DNA of 64,000 nucleotides from assembly GCA_010909165.1 (NCBI GenBank), contig VJWM01000025.1, positions 806,001 through 870,000 of the forward strand, in the 5' to 3' direction. The translations under genes were made by a program, and so were the position numbers. The notes below the pieces were generated by a model. That model saw only the letters and a list, made by a program, of their open reading frames with translations. It was not told where the DNA came from and did no database searches. Positions within the stretch are counted from its first letter, which is position 1, and every line of letters begins with the position of its first letter. The DNA is from Anthoceros angustus (taxonomy: Eukaryota; Plantae; Anthocerotophyta). Below, in pieces: positions 56,715 through 64,000 of this stretch.

Positions 56715-59700
56715 TCTCAAAGTTCGGTGGAGCATCAGTCTCCAGCCCCCCATCATTATCAATCAAGGCATCGTGGTTGCCGACGAGGGTAACCTCTATT
56801 GTCGCATCCTGCGAAACCAGTTGTGTTGCTTGTGATTCCGACGCGCCGAACCCATCTGCGCGTAAAATCAGACATCGTCCATAATGGCCCAGGGCATAGA
56901 TCCGGCTTGTTTGCTTCACTTTGTGGCGCCCTTCTTCGTCGATGTCTGAATCAGACTCGTCGTCTAAACCCTCGAAACGCGGACGCTCCTTGTCCACGTC
57001 ATCCTCATTAGAAACCTTGTCCGCATACCATGCCTCCTGACCCACATCATCATTCAACCCCGAGCACTCGGCGGCGGCCTTTGCCTTAGCGGTGGCAGCA
57101 CGGGTTTTGGGCCGCGGCGACTGTGGAACATGTGAGAACCCACGACCACGCTTGCTTGCGCCATCTTGGCTACTCCACGCTCTTCCATGGCCATCGCAAC
57201 CTAAACCTGCCATTAAGGACACCTGCTGGGATGCATCCCTTTTTTTTCCACTGCCCCGTTCGTGTAATGGAATAAGTGCTGGAAATTACCTAAGGCACGT
57301 TTGGTTAAATAGGGTTAAAACCTATGCACCCATTCGTTAGGGTTACAACGTTTCATAGGCAACGCCGCTTAGTTCAAAAACGTTTTAGTTCTTGTTATTT
57401 AGAAGATGAACTTATGAATATATACTTTTCAAGAATGTAATTCTTTATTAGTTTCTACATACATTTTCAATATATTTGAAATGGTATCAGAGCAGTATGT
57501 AGATTTGATGTTTGCTGTTTATAAATAAAATGCATTGAAAAAGATGCATTTTGCATATAGTTTTGTTGTTTTTGATTTAGAAAAAGTGTTTTCTTGATCA
57601 AGAAAACAAAACTTTCAAGAATGTCTTTTTGTGTTGTTTCTTTGTATAATCGTTGATGCAATCTCTGGCAAATTAAGGGAGTGATCCTGACGCATCTTTC
57701 CTGAGATTGCTTAAAAGCAATCTCAGGAGACATGCGCTAGGACAACTACCTAAATCTGCAGATAGATTGTCAAAATAATTTATATAAAATACAATGTTAA
57801 ATAGAAAACATTTGACAACACAAGATTTGGCCTCATGAATGGCCAACCGACTGGACGGGCACCAATGGCAGCCTCGCCCTGCTGAGCGCATCCCACAACA
57901 TCAGAATCGCCACAGGAGGCAGGGGGCACAAGTTGTGAGAGACATAATTGCAGAGCAACTTCATCAATTAGTTACAGAATGGATTGCTCATGCACAAAAT
58001 CAACCTGTGCTATCTCTGGAAGTAAGAGAGTCTTTTAATACCTTGATTGAAGTTCTCTTTCCAGATCAGGGCCATTTGGCCATTGCCCTCCCACCAAGGA
58101 ATCCTGAAAATCTCCCTGAGATTCGTGTTCAGAGAGCTTTTGATGGTAATGGTGTACAAAGAGGTTTTCTAACAACACATGTAGCACCTGCCACAAGTGT
58201 TACTCAATTAGTACATAGAATTGAGGCACATCAAGAGCATGTAGATACGCGTTTTAGCAATATACTACAAAGGTCTCAAAGTTCGGTGGAGCATGGGTCT
58301 CCGGCCCCATCATTATCAATCAAGGCATCGTGGTTGCCGAGGGTAACCTCTATTGTCGCATCTGCGAAACTTGTGTTGCTTGTGATTGACGCCGAACCCA
58401 TCTGCGCGTAAAATCAGACATCGTCCATAATGGCCCAGGGCATAGATCCGCTTGTTTGCTTCACTTTGTGGCGCCCTTCTTCCGATGTCGAATCGGACTC
58501 GTCGTCTAAACCCTCGAACGGGCGCTCCTTGTCCACGTCATCCTCATTAGAAACCTTGTCCGCATACCATGCCTCCGACCCATCATCATTCAACCCGAGC
58601 ACTCGGCGGCGGCCTTTGCCTTAGCGGTGGCGGAGGGTTTTGGGCCGATGGAACATGTGAGAACCCACGACCACGCTTGCTTGCGCCATCTTACTCCACG
58701 CTCTTCCATGGCCGCCGCAACCTAAACTCGCCATTAAGGACACTGTGGGATGCATCCTTTTTTCCACCGCCTGCTCGTAATGGAATAAGTGCTGAAATTA
58801 CCTAAGGCACGTTTGGTTAAATAGGGTTAAAACCTATGCACCCATTCGTTAGGGTTACAACGTTTCATAGGCAACGCGTTTGATTAGTTCAAAAACGTTT
58901 TAGTTCTTGTTATTTAGAAGATGAACTTATGAATATATACTTTTCAAGAATGTAATTCTTTATTAGTTTCTACATACATTTTCAATATATTTGAAATGGT
59001 ATCGGAAAGCGATTATGTAGATTTGATGTTTGCTGTTTATAAATAAAATGCATTGAAAAGATGCATTTTGCATATAGTTTTGTTGTTTTGATTTAGAAAA
59101 GTGTTTTCTTGATCAAGAAAACAAAACTTTCAAAGTCTTTGTGTTGTTTCTTTGTATAATCGTTGATGCAATCTCGGCAAATTAAGGAGTGATCCTGGCG
59201 CATCTTTCACAGATTGCTTAAAAGCAATCTCGGGGAGACATGCGCTAGGACAACTACCTAAATCTGCAGATAGATTGTCAAAATAATTTATATAAAATAC
59301 AATAGAAAACATTTGACAACACAAGATTTGGCCTCATGAATGGCCAACCGGAGCACCAATGGCAGCCTCGCCGAGCGCATCCCACAACATCGAATCGCCA
59401 CAGAGGCGGCACAAGTTGTGAGAGACATAATTGCAGAGCAACTTCATCAATTAGTTACAGAATGGATTGCTCATGCACAAAATCAACCTGTGCTATCTCT
59501 GGAAGTAAGAGAGTCTTTTAATACCTTGATTGAAGTTCTCTTTCCAGATCAGGGCCATTTGGCCATTCTCCCAAAGGAATCAAAATCTACGAGATTCGTG
59601 TTGAGAGAGCTTTGATGGTAATGGTGTACAAAGAGGTTTTCTAACAACACATGTAGCACCTGCCACAAGTGTTACTCAATTAGTACATAGAATTGAGGCA

Positions 59701-59745
59701 CATCAAGAGCATGTAGATACGCGTTTTAGCAATATACTACAAAAG
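56715..59745. repeat. Tandem duplication (~1.5 kb) spanning the CACTA ORF start, the copia-3 LTR/PBS and the leader ORF
   Basis: AAAGTTCGGTGGAGCA near 56719 and 58278; the PBS region recurs at 57482 and ~58997. Confidence 0.9.
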
Positions 59746-60042
59746 GTCTCAGCAACTAGTGTAGATGTTAGAGACTTGCAGGAACAAATTTCACATTTAG
59801 ATTTTAAACTCCTTACCTTGTTGAAGCCTGTTTTACTCGCTAATCCTGTACATAGAGGAGCAGCCTGTAAACATGCCAAGAAAACAAGTAAGAAACATAT
59901 GTTTGGTGCTCCAAACTCTTGTCCTTCCTGCTCAGTATATGCATTCAATAAATGGGAGATTAGGAATCACAAAATAGCAAACAGAACTAGAGAGCAAGAG
60001 TCTGTCCATAACAGACCTGCTAATGCTGTCAACATTCTTTGA
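57839..60042 (+). CDS. Leader ORF of copia 3 (~240 aa after removing the duplication): coiled coil plus C-terminal Cys/His cluster
   Basis: 57839-58277 (…FSNILQRSQ) continues at 59745-60042 (…VRDLQEQISHLDFKLL…CKHAKKTSKKHMFGAPNSCPSC). Confidence 0.5.
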
Positions 60043-61424
60043 TTTTGCTTACCTGATAAGCATATGTCTTAAGTCTTGAAATAATAAACCCCTGTAAAAG
60101 CCACTTTGGAATCTTAGTGTCTTGGGAGTAGCTAACCCAAAGCACAAAAGGAAGAAAAATGGCAGATGCCTCATCTAGCCTAGGTGGGGAAGGGTTTAGA
60201 GAAAAAGACAGATTTGGTGGTCAGGATTACGATATTTGGGTAATCCGAATGAAGGGAGCCTTACAGAACAAGAAGCTCTGGAAGGTTGCTATTGGAGTAG
60301 ATATTGCTCCAACAGTTTCAAATCCACCCACAGCAGCTGAAAACAAATCATTGGAAGCATGGGATGCAAAAGATGAAGCAGCCATGTTCCTGATCCGGAG
60401 TGGTCTTACCTCAGAGATGCTGAGACAGACATCCGGATGTTCCACTTCAGCTGAGATCTGGTTCAGACTTCAAGACCTGTATTCAGGAAGCAATCAAACT
60501 AGTCAGATGACAGCCCTGCGAAACTTACAGCTTTGCAAGATGAAGGATGGTGAATCAATTGAGAAACACCTTGGACATTTCAGAACACTTGTCTCAAAAT
60601 TAGAAAGTGCTTCAAATGAGGTTCTGAAGGATGATATGCTTGCCTTGTATTTCCTTATATCACTTCCGGAATCTTGGTCACATTTCGTTACTTCCTTCAA
60701 TGCTTCAAGGCTCCAAACTGAAAAGCTTGCAAAAGCTTCAAATGTGACTCTGCCAGCAACCACATTTGCAGAGTTAGTGGGAGCATTATTACAAGAAGAA
60801 GCTACAAGGCAAACTCATCGAAGGACAGGCAAGCAACAAGCACTCTACACATCTAATAGAGGACGTGGTGGAGGCAGACCTTATAACAGAGGTGGAGGCA
60901 GCTCTTCAAGGGGTGGTGGCTCACAAGGACGTGGATCCGGAGCCAGCCAAAGAAAACCAAAAAGGACAGGCAACTGCAACTGGTGCAAGTTACCTGGTCA
61001 TTGGGAGCGTGAGTGTCGTAAAAAGCAAGCTGGTATTCCTCGCAAGGAGGGTTCAACCAGTGCTGAAACTCATGTGGTTGTGAAGAAACAACCAACCCCT
61101 TCAGCCCTCACAGTAGGTACAATTGTGTTTGCAACAAGTTCATTCTTGTATCCTCGCCACCGCCAAGAACACACAAAAGGGCCCGGTCGGGACAGTACTC
61201 TTGACACGGGGCTACCCACATCTGTTTTGATAGAGGGTCATTCCAAATGTACAAAACATATAAGGATCAGTATGTGTACCTAGGTGATGATAGATCCCTA
61301 GTGTCTCCTGGTCGTGGCACCATAGACTTGTCAGTTCCATCAGGGCACTTGTTAACACTGTATGATGTTTACTATGTCCCTGACATGACTCGGAATTTGA
61401 TTTCAGTCAGAAAACTCAATGCTG

Positions 61425-61880
61425 ACAATCACTGTCACATTTTATTTACACATACAGAATGTCAAGTACTGGATGCTTTCAATCATAATAAAGTACTTGC
61501 CTATGGGTCTTCAGACAGAGATTTGTTTCTTCTTCACACAGACAGTATTGTACCAACTTCAAATTTAACATATGATGCCAGTGCTGTATCTACACAACAA
61601 ATAGAAAAGGTTGTTGTGGCATAAGAGATTAGGTCATCCACATTCAAAGAAAACTCAATCTTGACAATCAACGCTCATTTTATTTACACATACAGAATGT
61701 CAAGTACTGGATGCTTTCAATCATAATAAAGTACTTGCCTATGGGTCTTCAGACAGAGATTTGTTTCTTCTTCACACAGACAGTATTGTACCAACTTCAA
61801 ATTTAACATATGATGCCAGTGCTGTATCTACACAACAAATAGAAAAGGTTAAGTTGTGGCATAAGAGATTAGGTCATCCA
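61425..61880. repeat. ~240-bp tandem duplication in copia-3 pol
   Basis: LFLLHTDSIVPTSNLTYDASAVSTQQIEKV is encoded twice. Confidence 0.9.
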
Positions 61881-64000
61881 CATTCAGCAAAACTTCAGAA
61901 ACTTGCTGTAAGTGATTTTTACCAGGATGGTCCTATTGGGCAGTTGGCATCCCTTCCCTTGTGTGAGTCTTGTGTTATTTCCAAAAGGCATCAAGCAGCC
62001 TTTAGAAATAAAGCTCCACATAGAGCCTCTGAGGTTCTAGAACTAGTACACACTGATCTGTGTGGACCTCTATCTCAAGAATCCATAGGAGGTGGTAGAT
62101 ACTTCCTAACCTTCACTGATGATAAGACTAGGTTTGTCACCACCTACATATTGAAACAGAAAAGTGAGTGTTTCAGTCACTTCAGAAACTACATCAAGTA
62201 TGCTGAAAGATGGACTGGAAAACAACTCAAAACATTACGATCAGACAACGGGGGAGAGTTTACCTCCAATGAATTCCAGACATACTGTACAGCTGAGGGA
62301 ATTGGTCGCCAGCTGACAGTGGTTTACACACCTCAGCAAAATGGTGTTGCTGAGCGTCTTAACCTTATTCTGCAAGAAATGACATCTTCCTTATTACATC
62401 AAGCCCAGCTTCCATTGCCATACTGGGCAGAAGCTATAATTACTGCAACTTACCTTAAAAACAGGTTGCCAACTACTTCTGTCGTAGGCCAGACACCTTT
62501 TGAAGCCTTCACAAGGCGTAAGCCTTCTATTCTTCACTTGCGCACATTTGGATGTGTAGCATACGCTTTTATACCTAAAGAGAAAAGGAAAAAGCTGTCA
62601 GACAAGGCCAGAAAGCTACTTATGCTAGGCTACACAGAAGGAATTAAAGCTTATAAACTCTATGATGTACCTAAGAACAAAGTCATTTATGCAAGAAGTG
62701 TTACCTTTAATGAAGACCAAAATTGGGTATCAGTGGGAGCTGTTCACAATGAGGACGTTGATCCCACTGATGATGATGCTTCCTTTGATCAATCTGATCA
62801 CAGTACTCAACTTGTTCCCATGGAGGACATTGCTCCTGCAGGTGGGGAAAATCCAGCAGCTGGTTTTGAGCTCCTTGATGTTGAGGACATATCAGGTGCA
62901 GAACCTGCACGTTTCGATGCTGCACATCCTACTTGATAAGAAACGCGGAAGCGTGTTTGTAAAACACAAAACATTGATTGATTAAAATGAGAGTAAATCC
63001 TCTTTAAGTACAAAACTGAATGTGACTCTTGAGTTAAACTAAATAACCTATTGTTAAGTCCATATAAACTGTGTTAGGTTTTTCTATCCTTAACACTCCC
63101 ACTAAAAATAACACGATTTATACAACCTTGGCCGGGCGCATGTCCTGTGACTATCTATTTCGGCTACCGCATAACGGGGCGTACTCTTGCCCACGGCATG
63201 GACCTCCTGACTGCCATCTACTTATGCAGTGCTTGCATCCTGCTCTTCAGAGTAATCTCGCGCGCAAGCTCCAAGATGAAGACCCGCTCGAGTGCATCAT
63301 GCGGCGCAAGTCCCGCCGCGGCCCGGCTGTCGGCATGAAAAGAGCCAGCTAGCGGAAGGAGGAAAAGCAGGGGCTACTCTGACCTGTAAGTCGGCCCGAC
63401 TTAACACACATGGATGCTCGCCCATCAGCAGCGTCCTCATGTGCAAGCCCCGCCACCAGCCGCCATTGCCACAGTGAGTTCTTGAATCGGAGCCGGGGCG
63501 GTGACATCGACCCAGCCCCCAACACGGCCAGCGGACAGTGGGGCCGGTGAGCACTCGGCGTCGTCCTACTAAGGTGGTGGGAAAACTCCCACTACTTCGT
63601 GCTTGACCGGTGGCGCATGGCAACTCAAGCTAAGATGGAAGCACTTGAATGTCAAACGTCGAAGTCACCGCGACAGGCGCATGAGTGGGCGGTGAGCGAA
63701 TTTCTAGATGGTGGCGACCTTTGACAACCCGGAGGCCGGCAGGAAAGGCATGGCGATGCTCTGGCATCACAAGAAAGGCACATGTATGTGTGTGCTTATT
63801 TGTACCCGATGAAGGAGAACCTATCTGTTAAACCCCTGTCCTGACCATGTCTGCGATTTTGTGGCTACTTTGAAGCTTCATCCACCAGACATGTTGTTCC
63901 AGGGTCATTCCTAACTGCCCATCTGACTTATGTATGCAGGAGGGCTACGAGCCCAAGGCTGTCTCTCGTTCCAGCGGTGGCACAGGCCACTAAGGTGAAG

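Larger units (their letters stand above)
45829..57300 (-). mobile_element. CACTA-like DNA transposon (one end seen) with a TnpA-like ORF split by copia element 2
   Basis: Terminus CACTACTAGGAAA at 45829; many GTAGTAAA subterminal repeats (45890-46370); ORF 55602-56033 (...GFLERFRAK) continues at 46964 (KYTREPSLDEI...) once the copia is removed; further ORF 56326-57222. Other TIR not found. Confidence 0.6.
57393..62936 (+). mobile_element. Ty1/copia element 3, truncated after integrase, with an extra ORF between PBS and gag
   Basis: Possible short LTR starting TGTTATTT at 57393; PBS TGGTATCAGAGC at 57482-57493; gag 60159-61283 with CNWCKLPGHWEREC knuckle; integrase 61761-62936 (LWHKRLGH, CESC, TDL..SDNGGEF..GVAER). 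No RT. Confidence 0.85.

Noticed and set aside
63052-63104. Tiny LTR (TGTTAAG...CTTAACA next to CTCCCACT)
   Set aside because: Only ~43 bp with no partner copy and no match to the copia-3 5' end; may be chance or debris.
63100-64000. Gene in the terminal GC-rich segment
   Set aside because: Only short ORFs without recognisable motifs or a consistent splice pattern.

Overview
Eukaryotic plant nuclear DNA. The very short introns (84-149 nt in ALG2), the PLS-class PPR genes with KP-type ('GRP') and WW-type C-termini, and a centriole/cilium-type gene suggest a hornwort or another seed-free plant with U-to-C editing; the taxon is an inference. Layout: (1) 0.4-10.4 kb, nested LTR-retrotransposon and DNA-transposase debris. 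(2) About 11.1-18.8 kb, an AT-rich, intron-free island with a ~1.5 kb inverted repeat carrying two outward-facing Haspin-like kinase copies (one open, one broken), a decayed thymidine kinase and other fragments; possibly an endogenous large-DNA-virus remnant. (3) 19.8-40.6 kb, six PLS-PPR RNA-editing-factor genes or pseudogenes. Two carry an N-terminal OSB-type 'PDF' ssDNA-binding motif plus a KP-type DYW domain, and one of these holds ~9 near-identical P-L-S triplets that vary at specificity codons. (4) 40.8-44.3 kb, a C2CD3-like gene and ALG2. (5) 45.8-63 kb, a CACTA-like element containing a full-length young Ty1/copia (TSD CTTTG), followed by a second, truncated copia with an extra ORF before gag. 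Many 1-nt indels, concentrated in locally duplicated segments, point to residual long-read or assembly error, so frameshifts alone are weak evidence of pseudogenisation. All family assignments are from remembered motifs; no search was run.
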